A DNA stretch of 64,000 nucleotides from Wickerhamiella versatilis (lineage: Eukaryota): the NCBI GenBank assembly GCA_030867685.1, contig JAQOWU010000001.1, positions 806,001-870,000 on the forward strand, in the 5' to 3' direction. Position 1 is the stretch's first letter; each line of letters begins with the position of its first letter. Positions 31,980-41,635 of the stretch are shown piece after piece. The notes beneath the pieces were generated by a model. That model ran no database searches. It saw only the letters and a program-made list of their open reading frames with translations, and was not told the DNA's origin. The position numbers were made by a program, and so were the translations under genes.

Positions 31980-33593
31980 ATGAAGGATAGTATCAGGTCA
32001 CGTTTTACTTCAAGAAAATCTTGGATACTGCCAAAGCAAGAGTCATCATTGGCTCCCCCAAATGTGTGGACAAATAAGGATAATGATGTTACCCCACCTA
32101 AACGAAGAACATGGAGTACCTGGACAATCCTAGGCTTTTGGTTCAGTGATGCGATGAATATCCAAGGCTGGGAACAGCCTTCTTCTGTTATAGCTGTCGG
32201 ACTTACATGGCGTGAAGCTTTATATACCAGTGCAGTGGGGATGCTCACGGTGTCAATCCCCCTGGTATTTAACGGCGCCATAGGAGCCAATTTACATGTT
32301 CCATTCCCTGTAGCAATCCGTATTAGCTTTGGTTATTATTTCTCCCGTTTTGCCATCGTCATAAGACTGATTACTGCTTTTTTCTGGCATTCGATTCAGA
32401 CGTATACTGGATCATGGGGAGTTACCTGTATGATAGCTGCTATCTGGCCTTCATACCTGCATATTCACAACACTATTCCCGCTAATATTGGAATAACAAG
32501 CCAGCAAATGGTATCTCATCTTGTATTCTGGGTCATACAATTGCCTATTCTGCTAATTCCTCCTCATAAATTACGACTTTTCTTTGTTGTCAAAGCTGTG
32601 GTAGTGGTCGCCTGTTGTGCTGCAATTGCGGCTGGAATGGTTCGAGTGGCTGGTGGCGATACTGGCAATATCTTCAACCAGACCGCACAAGTTCAAGGTC
32701 AGAAGAAGAATTGGTTGATTTTGAATGCAATGAGTGCTGCATCGGGTGGCTGGGCTACCATGGCTACGAATATCTCGGATTTCACGCGCTACTCTAAGAC
32801 GGGAAATGGCGTATATCTGCAAGCAATATTCCTTCCATGTATCTCTCTTTACCTGGCTGCTTGCGGCATTATTGGAACTTCTGCTGGCCAGTTGGTATAT
32901 GGAAGTTATGTTTGGGACCCTAACAAGCTAGCCCTGGAGTGGACAGGTGCCGGTGGTCGAGCTGCTATGTTCTTTGTTGGATTTTCGTGGGCTATCGCTC
33001 AAATAGGAACTAATTTGAGTGCAAATGTTATCACGGGTGCTAATGATCTGACAAGCCTCTTCCCTAAGTATATCAACATTAAGCGTGGGGTGGTCATTAC
33101 CACCATAATAGGAGGCTGGGTCATGCAACCTTGGGAAATCATAAGTTCTGCACAGTCCCTGCTCACTTTTATGTCTGGATTAGCGGTGTTTCTGGCGCCC
33201 ATAGCCTCTATACAAGCTTCAGACTTTTGGCTAGTAAAGAAGCGTAAGGTGGATGTACCAGCGCTTTATGATCCAAATGGAATTTACCGTTACTGGAATG
33301 GCATCAATTGGCGGGCTGCAGTCGCCTTCATCATTGGTCTTACCCCCAATCTGCCTGGCTTGGCAAAAGCAGTTAACAGTTCTATTCAAGTATCAGAGGG
33401 TATACTGCACGTTTATGACATAAACTACATTTTTGGGTTATTTGTGACAGCTTTTGTATACGTGTCTCTGAGTTATTTGTTTCCACATCGACCCACATTA
33501 TTATCGCAACAGGTACTTATTGCTGAGGCAACGAATATTGAGATCCTTGATAAAGAAGATCAAGTACCATCCCTGAGCGATCAAAAATTTTAG
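31980..33593 (+). CDS. NCS1 nucleobase/allantoin permease (FUR4/DAL4 family)
   Basis: WTNKDND..PP.RRTW, FWFSD, FPVAIRISFG, NISDFTRY, TNLSAN, DL..LFPKYINIKRG, QPW and GINWRA. Confidence 0.93.
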   Translation: MKDSIRSRFTSRKSWILPKQESSLAPPNVWTNKDNDVTPPKRRTWSTWTILGFWFSDAMNIQGWEQPSSVIAVGLTWREALYTSAVGMLTVSIPLVFNGAIGANLHVPFPVAIRISFGYYFSRFAIVIRLITAFFWHSIQTYTGSWGVTCMIAAIWPSYLHIHNTIPANIGITSQQMVSHLVFWVIQLPILLIPPHKLRLFFVVKAVVVVACCAAIAAGMVRVAGGDTGNIFNQTAQVQGQKKNWLILNAMSAASGGWATMATNISDFTRYSKTGNGVYLQAIFLPCISLYLAACGIIGTSAGQLVYGSYVWDPNKLALEWTGAGGRAAMFFVGFSWAIAQIGTNLSANVITGANDLTSLFPKYINIKRGVVITTIIGGWVMQPWEIISSAQSLLTFMSGLAVFLAPIASIQASDFWLVKKRKVDVPALYDPNGIYRYWNGINWRAAVAFIIGLTPNLPGLAKAVNSSIQVSEGILHVYDINYIFGLFVTAFVYVSLSYLFPHRPTLLSQQVLIAEATNIEILDKEDQVPSLSDQKF

Positions 33594-33798
33594 GTATAGA
33601 GATTTGCAACTACTATAACTAAGCTAGCTTGATCATTTATTCTATTATCATTATATTGGTGCCGATTAAGGGCCCATGTAGGCTGAGAGACTACATAACC
33701 TGGTGGAAATTCGACTTGCTTTTCAATATATGATTGTGGCTAATGTGAAAACACAGATTCTGTTATCTGGCTTGAATTTTTAGTAACCCATGTACCTT

Positions 33799-34701
33799 TC
33801 ATTTTTTACCCGCCATGTCCCGATAATATTCTGCAATTGAGCCAGGTGTGGTCAACCAGACTTCATTTCTGCGGGCTGCCAATTTTCTCAGAGTCCTTTT
33901 AAGATGATAAAAGCGAAACGGCTGGCCAACGATGTAGGGATGGAGACTGATCCCCATGACAAGTGGCTCACGCTTACTGCGTTCTAGTAATTCTTCAAAT
34001 TGTGCTTCTATCATTTCACAAAATATTTGAATGGTGGCACCGTTAGGAACTATTGTTGGTATATCATTGATTTCCTGAGGATAAGGGATTGATAGTAGTT
34101 TACCACTGTCAACGCGGAATTCAGTGGGGCTATCATCGTGAGCCCAATTAAGTGTATATTCAAAGCCGTGTTTCGATAACATGTCTGGTGTCTCCCTGCT
34201 CTCCGAGATCCAAGGAGAAAGCCACCCTTTCACAGGTCTACCCGAGTGAGCCTGCAATCTTTCGCGACAAATAAAAATCAACTCGCTTTCCTCCTCAGTC
34301 TGCAACTCACCTTGCCGTTCAGAATTAGTGTACCCATGACCAACAAGCTCTGCATCGTCCAAATCAAGCCAAGCATCCAGAAGTTGAGGACAATAGTCCA
34401 AAATAGAAGTATTGCACAAGACAGCCGCAGGCAAATCAAGGTCTTGGAACAATTCCACCAAATGCCATGCGCCCACACGGTTTCCATAGTCCCTCCAAGC
34501 GTAATTGAGCACATCAAGTTTGTTCGGAGGTGCAATCTTCGCACCTTCCTGTGAGCCAAAGGCAAAGTGTTCGAGATTCATTGCAATATATAACGCAAGT
34601 CCTTTGTCCCCAGGCCAGGTAAATGATGGTCCCTCACGGATACCCCTATAATTATAGCGGTCATGCTTATCCAAATGCTTCAGCCTAACGCCTTGAGCCA
34701 T
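33799..34701 (-). CDS. CE4/polysaccharide-deacetylase-fold hydrolase, PuuE (allantoinase)-related subgroup
   Basis: FTWPGDK.LALYIAMNLEHF, NYAWRDYGNRVG.W, ELVGHG, GWLSPW, PYPQEIND and ISLHPYIVGQPFR. Confidence 0.85.
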   Translation of the reverse strand: MAQGVRLKHLDKHDRYNYRGIREGPSFTWPGDKGLALYIAMNLEHFAFGSQEGAKIAPPNKLDVLNYAWRDYGNRVGAWHLVELFQDLDLPAAVLCNTSILDYCPQLLDAWLDLDDAELVGHGYTNSERQGELQTEEESELIFICRERLQAHSGRPVKGWLSPWISESRETPDMLSKHGFEYTLNWAHDDSPTEFRVDSGKLLSIPYPQEINDIPTIVPNGATIQIFCEMIEAQFEELLERSKREPLVMGISLHPYIVGQPFRFYHLKRTLRKLAARRNEVWLTTPGSIAEYYRDMAGKK

Positions 34702-35024
34702 AACGCTGAGTAAGTTCCAGGGCAGAATCGTACCATCTACTGGTTTTCACTCTTTCTATGGTGCAAGACATTGACCTTTTTCACAGATTCAAGACCACAC
34801 GTTCTAAATGAGAGACATTCTGACAGTAAAAAAAAACTACAGCACCTGCCGTTCTCACGTGGTCTCCCACCGTAATACTGAATCAGGCTCTCAGCAGCTT
34901 ATGTATGGCTGATCGGACGGGAAGCCCAGTTACCTGCTGGATATGGCCGTAGCTGCTAAATTCATTTCTATTCTATAGATATTCTAGACTTTCTGTACTC
35001 ACCAGTGGTTCTTGCGTGGCCAAC

Positions 35025-36452
35025 CTACTGGATCATTTGGCACAATCGTAGTATGATAGCATCCTGCAAGTCATTAGGAGCTTTGCCGATGTAGTTATTA
35101 AACATCATTGAAAATACAACATCTCGCCCACCAGCGTCAGTTAAATATCCGGAGATTGTTGACACCCCGTTTAGAGAGCCTGTTTTTGCATGAACGTTAT
35201 TTGCTGCTATGGTATTCACCATTCGGTTGCTCAATGTTCCTCCCACGAATCGTCGAGAGTCTCCCGCTACTGGCAAGGCATCATACCAATTATTGAACCA
35301 AGATGCATTCCGTACAGCCAGGAGTAATCTGGTAATGGATTCAGGTGAGATTAGGTTTCCTGTAGACAAGCCACTTCCATCAACAATCCGAACAGTCTCA
35401 ACGTCGACACCTCTTTTCCCTATGTGTTTTGCAATGGTGCTGAGTCCTGCCCTCCAGGTACCGTGACCCACGACTTCGCGGCCGATAGACTTTGCGAGAA
35501 TCTCTGCATGGCCATTGTTGCTGAGTTTTAGGAAAGGAATAAGCAGTGCGGATAAAGGAATGGACTCGTGAGATATCAACTCAGTCGCATTTTCTGGCAT
35601 TTTACTTATCATGGGTGAGGATACAAATTCGATGTTTTCCTGCTTTAGCGCCTTTTCAAATATATTTAATGCGTAATATGTAGGATTCCACACAGCTATC
35701 CATTCTTGCACAGGCATACTGCCATGGGAAATGCTGCCCTGGACTCGAACGGTGTTGCTACCATGATCTCTTTCAATAGTTATTGGGTCATCATCCTCTG
35801 TCTCCTGGTTCACCGTGACTGCCTCATTGACCAGTTTAACGTAGTCTGTTTGAGGGTTTAGTGAAATCATAGGGCTTTCTCCTATATTACCTGGGGAAAC
35901 AGATACAATAACACTCCCAGCATCGTAATCAGTGTCTGGTGATACTGTCAAGGCCGATATTTGGGCGCCATAGTAGTAGGACTCATCGTTCCATTCCCAG
36001 CCATCTCCAAGTCTTTGACTATCAAACCAGGAATCATCCGCAATGACAGATCCCCGTATTCTTTCAATTCCCGTAGCAGAGATTTTTTTGGCTAAATTTA
36101 CGCAGTCAGTGGCAAGTAGTGTTGGGTCACCGCCTCCCTTCAAGTATATGTTGCCGTTCAAGGTTCCATTACGAACCTCTCCATCGCTAGCCACCGTAGT
36201 TTTAAACTTATAATCGGGGCCTAGTACATCTAATGCCACTGTTGAAGTAAGTATCTTTTGGTTTGATGCTGGGAGAAGACGTGTCTGGGACGCATGCTCG
36301 TATAAAATTGAACCTGTCTCTACGTCTGCAATGATCACACCTACCAGTGCACCCTTGAGGCGCTTATCACTTAGCAATTGGTCAATCTCGTACCATATGG
36401 TGCTTGCGGCCGTAACTGTGGTCACAAAGACATTAAGCAGCTGTAGTCGCAT
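35025..36452 (-). CDS. Peptidase S13 D-Ala-D-Ala carboxypeptidase/endopeptidase (PBP4/DacB-DacC type) with signal peptide
   Basis: All three PBP motifs are present: PASNQK (SxxK), LSNN (SxN) and AKTG (KTG). Also GGGDPTL and DGSGLS. ATG at 36452 gives a hydrophobic leader, MRLQLLNVFVTTVTAAS. Confidence 0.93.
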   Translation of the reverse strand: MRLQLLNVFVTTVTAASTIWYEIDQLLSDKRLKGALVGVIIADVETGSILYEHASQTRLLPASNQKILTSTVALDVLGPDYKFKTTVASDGEVRNGTLNGNIYLKGGGDPTLLATDCVNLAKKISATGIERIRGSVIADDSWFDSQRLGDGWEWNDESYYYGAQISALTVSPDTDYDAGSVIVSVSPGNIGESPMISLNPQTDYVKLVNEAVTVNQETEDDDPITIERDHGSNTVRVQGSISHGSMPVQEWIAVWNPTYYALNIFEKALKQENIEFVSSPMISKMPENATELISHESIPLSALLIPFLKLSNNGHAEILAKSIGREVVGHGTWRAGLSTIAKHIGKRGVDVETVRIVDGSGLSTGNLISPESITRLLLAVRNASWFNNWYDALPVAGDSRRFVGGTLSNRMVNTIAANNVHAKTGSLNGVSTISGYLTDAGGRDVVFSMMFNNYIGKAPNDLQDAIILRLCQMIQ

Positions 36453-36618
36453 GGGCAAATTACATAAGCAGTCTGATAAGAGCTCGACGTTTATTCGTGC
36501 AGAATAAACTGATGAGAACCCTGTGGTCACCTAGAAATCGTATGCAGTCATAAAATATTAGCTTGGATATTCTTGTCTAAATAACAACCTTACATAGCAA
36601 CCATGTGCTAGGCGGAAT

Positions 36619-38403
36619 TCAGCACCAGATATTGTAAACCCGCACTGGCCAGGACTTGCTTTGGCGCTGTGCTCGTTCAACAGCAATGCTTTCACGGAGC
36701 TCGGCAATATTTGGGTTTCTTACGCCGGTGAACACGTCAATATTTTCTAAGCGAACGTACGACCAGTCCCGAGTGTAAATCTTATGGCCAACAAATAAGA
36801 CAAGGATGATGCATGTGGACAGCCAAGTTTCGAAGAAATTTTTGGCTTGACTAGCACCATTATGGTCCGCACCAGGATCTGTCCATCCCAGTGGGAAAAG
36901 GGCGATCCAGAATTGGAGACAAATTGTCAGGGCGGCTAATAGCATACCCACGATGGGTATTGTGTACCCACCAGGTGCAGCAAAGTCGAGATCTTTTTTA
37001 GGGTCGAGGCCATTTTTCTTCATAGCCAATCTGTTGCGAAGATGGCATACACTGACTGAGCCCCAAGTCCAAAGCGAACTCATGCCACCCAAGGCCGAAA
37101 GCCAATCAAACACTTGGCCATACCCATCCCAGGCTGAAATGAATGCTAGACCGCCAAAGCATAGTGCAATAATGAGTGCTGTCACGGGACGGCCCTCATT
37201 GTCTATCCACAGAAGCTGCTTAGGAGCGTGGCCTTGAGCAGCCAGAGCGACGAGAGTTCTTGTGCTTCCGAATACAGCTGCATTGGCAACCGAAACAACG
37301 GCAAGCAGAATAACAACGTTCATTATTGAAGGAAGAGCCTTGATTCCGGCAAGATTAATGGCAATCACAAAGGGAGAGGCTGATGCATTTGACGCGGTGC
37401 CGAGTCTATCATTATCGTAGGGAACCAATGTGGCCATCATGATAACACTTACAAGATAAAACAGAAGAATACGCCAAAATACTTGCTTACAGGCCCGAGG
37501 TACGGCTTCACGAGGGTTTTGCGTCTCTGCAGCTGCCAGACCGGCAAATTCTGTGCCACTGAACGAGTAAGCTGCTGTTACAAATACCTTGAACACTCCC
37601 TTTGCACCATGGGCAAATGCACCTGGATTGTGCCAGTATTTACCTCCAATGTAGTCGTGATTTGGACCACCACCGCACGCAATAACAATCCCACAGATAT
37701 TGAACCCGATTACAGCCACGACCTTGATGAAAGAGAAAATAAACTCTGCCTCTCCATATCCGCGAACACCAAATACATTGATAAAAAGGACTGTCGCCAA
37801 AAAGAGGCCAACCCATGCTGCTCGATTGACCTCCGTAGCACCATTGTGATCGCCTTTCCAGTAGCCTAAGGTCACGGCTGCGGCGATCAACTCATTTGGC
37901 ATTGTGATAAGCCATCCAATTGCGTAGACCCAACCAATGGCGAAGCCCCAGGAGTGGTCGAGGAAGCGATAATTATAAGCACTGAACGCACCATTCACAG
38001 GATATCTGACCCCGAGCTCTCCCAGTGCATTCATGGTGCAGTAAATCAAAATCCCAATCACCGCAAAGCCAATTATGAGACCCCCTCCTCCTCCAGCCGC
38101 AAGCGCGCTGCCTGATGAGATGAATAGACCTGCCCCGATACTGCCCCCGATTCCAATCATCTGGAGATGCCGGGTCTTGAGCCGTCGCTTTAAAGGAACC
38201 TTGGTGGATGCAGCAATCGCTCGCTGGGATGGTTCGAGATGAGAGTCGTCGTCCAAGAAGTGTACGGGCTTCCAATCCATGAGCCAGCGGTAAATTGGGC
38301 CACCACTTGAGGGATCCGGTTCGAGCGCAACATCATTGACTTCGCCAACCTCATATTGGACTTCCTGGGATACAATGGGGTGCTTTTCTATGTCTTTGCT
38401 CAT
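36619..38403 (-). CDS. General amino-acid permease (YAT/GAP1 family)
   Basis: LKRRLKTRHLQMIGIGGSIGAGLF, GYGEAEF, YSFSGTE, KQVFWRI, SPFVIA and terminal WC. Confidence 0.93.
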   Translation of the reverse strand: MSKDIEKHPIVSQEVQYEVGEVNDVALEPDPSSGGPIYRWLMDWKPVHFLDDDSHLEPSQRAIAASTKVPLKRRLKTRHLQMIGIGGSIGAGLFISSGSALAAGGGGGLIIGFAVIGILIYCTMNALGELGVRYPVNGAFSAYNYRFLDHSWGFAIGWVYAIGWLITMPNELIAAAVTLGYWKGDHNGATEVNRAAWVGLFLATVLFINVFGVRGYGEAEFIFSFIKVVAVIGFNICGIVIACGGGPNHDYIGGKYWHNPGAFAHGAKGVFKVFVTAAYSFSGTEFAGLAAAETQNPREAVPRACKQVFWRILLFYLVSVIMMATLVPYDNDRLGTASNASASPFVIAINLAGIKALPSIMNVVILLAVVSVANAAVFGSTRTLVALAAQGHAPKQLLWIDNEGRPVTALIIALCFGGLAFISAWDGYGQVFDWLSALGGMSSLWTWGSVSVCHLRNRLAMKKNGLDPKKDLDFAAPGGYTIPIVGMLLAALTICLQFWIALFPLGWTDPGADHNGASQAKNFFETWLSTCIILVLFVGHKIYTRDWSYVRLENIDVFTGVRNPNIAELRESIAVERAQRQSKSWPVRVYNIWC

Positions 38404-38975
38404 CGTTGGAACGTCACAAAGTTACGACACTATGTAATGCCAATTTCTTATCTTTCATGATGCACCCACCCATACCCATGTGATAAGTGCTTGGCAGCAA
38501 ATAGTCCTTTATCTCGCAGCAGTTCCCCCGCCATGAGGGTTTATTTACTATTTACAGGAAATTTATAGTCCCTAGCTTGACGTTCCCACAGGGTCGCCGG
38601 AACTCTATTCTATTCAAAATAAAGTTCGCGAGCAGCAGAGCAATATATGCTTTCTCAGTATCAAGTCGCTATTAGGTAATGAAGGTAGTGGGCAATGGGC
38701 CTCGCCAAGAGACATTTGAAGTCTCCCCTTCCCTCCACCCCACTTCACGGTGGAGGCTGGGCATGAGCACATGAGCATCAAACAAATAGTTAGGCGGAAA
38801 CTTTTTCTAACTGGAATATGTAAATAAAAGTACAAATACGGGGAATTATGGGAATCGTTATTATACGTTTTTCGTCAAAGAATCCGTCGGAAGGTGAAGT
38901 ACCTGAGTTTTCAGGGTGGCTACTGCATTACAATAAATCATGAGGTTTTTGGAGGATCCTCCAGTCAGCTTCTAT

Positions 38976-40502
38976 TTAAGGCAACCACCGGCGCTTGAGT
39001 GAAGACGATGTCGAAATGGTGCTGTTCTGAATAGCCAGAAACGCGTTCTTGAACGCTTCCATGTCTTCGTAAGTACCAACAGAGATACGAAGCCACGTTG
39101 GCCAGCTGTCCCAGACACGCCCAACGGTCACACCTTGTTTTTCGAAGGCATCAGCGACCTTAGTAGCGTTCTGGCCGGTTTGCATCATGAAGAAGTTTGC
39201 CTGAGAGTCTGTGCAGTTTACACCATGCTTTCCAAGCCACTTAATAGTATCGTCACGAACGCTTCCAATGTACTGCTTACGGTTTGGCACGAGATCAGTT
39301 TGGTTGAGACTCGCGAGCGTGGCTGCAATGGTGGTGACTGAGATCTGGTCAGCACCTTTAGCAGAGATCTTGCTCAGGGCGTCAGGGTGTCCAAGAACAA
39401 ATCCAGCGCGGATACCAGCCATACCGTAGATCTTTGAAAATGTGCGAGTGACCAGCAGGTCAGGGTATTTCTTGATTAGGTCGATTACAGTTGGTACGTC
39501 TGAGAAGTGAATGTATGCCTCATCGACCAGCACCATTGCACCGTGAGGCTTGTTCTCCAGGGCTTGAATGATAGCCTCTCGGGGAGTAATAGTGCCTGTA
39601 GGGTTGTTGGGGTTGCAAATATAGATCAGGCCAGCATCAGAGTAGCTGGTCATCTTCTGGATATCATGGGAGCCATTCTTCAACAAAGGCACGAGATGAA
39701 CGGGATTTCCCAGGCTGTAGGTCATCTCCTGAGCCTGCTGGTAGCCAGGATCGGCGACAACCAGCGACTTGTTCGCCGAGGTGAATACCTGGGGAGCAAG
39801 TTGGAGGACCCAGCCGGACCCTGGGTAGGTTTGGATGTAATCAGAGGTGAGATTGAAGGATTCAGCAATTGTTTCTGATAGTTTGTCATCTAGATCGTAC
39901 TGGTAGCGTCCGGAGAATGCGATCATCTCAGTAATGGCATCCTGGGCAGCTTTGCAAGGACCCAGCGGGTTCTCATTATAGTTGATGTAGGTGCCATTCT
40001 TGTCATATTTTACGGCCTGGGCCTTGACCTTGACTGCAGAACTCTTGCCTTTCACAGTACTGTTGCCGCTGAAATAGGTCAGCTGGGGTTTTGTGTAGGT
40101 ATATGGTTCGTAGCCAGGATTGAGTGTTGCGTAGAAGCCACTTGAGCTACCGTTCACGGATAGGTAGCCATCCACAATTGTCAAGGGAGTGCTTCCACCA
40201 ATACTGATGGTAACAGACTCAGAGCTAGGGCCCAGGGTAACATTGTATCTCGTGGTGTCAGTCATGGCGTCGTTCTCATATACCACTTCGCTAAGCGGCT
40301 CACCAGAGAACGCATTGTCATCAAACTTGTCACCAGGCCCGTCGGTCAGGTGCAGGTATCGGTAATTCGACAGCTCGTTGTAGGTTGTTAGTCCCTTACC
40401 ATCGAAGTCAGAGTTGTCACTCTCTGTGATGAGGTACACCGATTCACCGAACACAAGGCCGAGAAGTAGGAGCTTGGAGAGCATTGTAGCCATTCCATCC
40501 AT
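38976..40502 (-). CDS. Chimeric secreted PLP aminotransferase: signal peptide, yeast cell-wall-protein-like domain, and HisC-like (class I/II) aminotransferase
   Basis: Leader MLSKLLLLGLVFG. Residues ~20-165 are acidic and Ser/Thr/Gly-rich with LSVNGSSSGFYA..N...PY.Y. From aa ~173: NENPLGP, YICNPNNPTG, LVDEAY, RTFSKIYGMAGIRAG (PLP Lys), ANF and LRISVG. Confidence 0.85.
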   Translation of the reverse strand: MDGMATMLSKLLLLGLVFGESVYLITESDNSDFDGKGLTTYNELSNYRYLHLTDGPGDKFDDNAFSGEPLSEVVYENDAMTDTTRYNVTLGPSSESVTISIGGSTPLTIVDGYLSVNGSSSGFYATLNPGYEPYTYTKPQLTYFSGNSTVKGKSSAVKVKAQAVKYDKNGTYINYNENPLGPCKAAQDAITEMIAFSGRYQYDLDDKLSETIAESFNLTSDYIQTYPGSGWVLQLAPQVFTSANKSLVVADPGYQQAQEMTYSLGNPVHLVPLLKNGSHDIQKMTSYSDAGLIYICNPNNPTGTITPREAIIQALENKPHGAMVLVDEAYIHFSDVPTVIDLIKKYPDLLVTRTFSKIYGMAGIRAGFVLGHPDALSKISAKGADQISVTTIAATLASLNQTDLVPNRKQYIGSVRDDTIKWLGKHGVNCTDSQANFFMMQTGQNATKVADAFEKQGVTVGRVWDSWPTWLRISVGTYEDMEAFKNAFLAIQNSTISTSSSLKRRWLP

Positions 40503-41635
40503 TGCAATCCCAATTAAATACGTTTTCTAGCCTATGCAAAACTTATCTATCTGCAATGCCGCGGTTAGGAACCTTCCACAAGTTTTCATGGCGTGTCCTC
40601 GTTCTGGGAGGGCTGGTTTTTTTCAAACAGGTTCGTGGCATACCTTTTACCTGATTTTCAGAGAAATCTTCATTTTTTAAATTTTTTGCTGCCCAACAAG
40701 CCGCCATAGCGTTTGTTTAGTGTGGTTGTCCAGGTTACCACCTTCCTGTTTGGGTAATATTCGTATATGCAATTTGCCCATTTGATCAGAGCAACGGCGG
40801 AATTTAGTGGCCAGCAGCACCCCTCGAGCTTGAAACATTAATGCCTGAAGGGATACTGTAGTGTATTTCGGAGTTATTACCGCTGGTACTGCTGCCTCGG
40901 ATAGTTCCTCTTGCCTAAACCGACTCTTATCTTTGTGATTACTACAAACCCTAGGCTAGCATTAGATTTACCGCGAACAATAATATTACATTGGGATCTA
41001 TACGAGAAAAGAGGAAGGTCAATCCGAGATCCCAGCCCGAGGTGGGTTCAGTTGTGATAAGCACCCAACACAAATCGACATTCACACAAGACCGCACTGG
41101 GTTGTAACATCGAACCACATATCACCACCGCAGCCTGTGCCATTATATCCACTCACATGATTGTGATGGTTTTATGCAGTACGCATGACTGTGCCTAGAA
41201 CCTACCTATTACCTCTATAGTTGATGAGCGATGCAGGACATCTCATTAGAAAAGACCCTTAAAGGGGCAGATAACTCTGCTCACCGCCTAGGAAAAACCA
41301 AGCCATTCTCGCACCATCACAACATCACTGTCCCTTCACCTCCTGCGCTTCCTTTAAATGCAACTACCACTGCTGCACCTGTGCCAGTAGCCGCGGAGTC
41401 ATGAGGGATAAGGGTTTTTCTTCGGGCAAGACCTGCTCACGTGATTGGCTGTCTGAGACTGCGATGACGTAGACATTAGTAACTCGGCCTGGCCCGGGTG
41501 TGTCAGCAGAGCCGGGGGTTCTGGTGTTAAATCAAAAATAAGTCAGGACAAAAGCAGCACCCCTGACAATTACTAATACTTTTCTAGGGTTCGTCAAGCT
41601 GGCAGGTGGACAAATCCGAGCGACCTCTAGATGGA

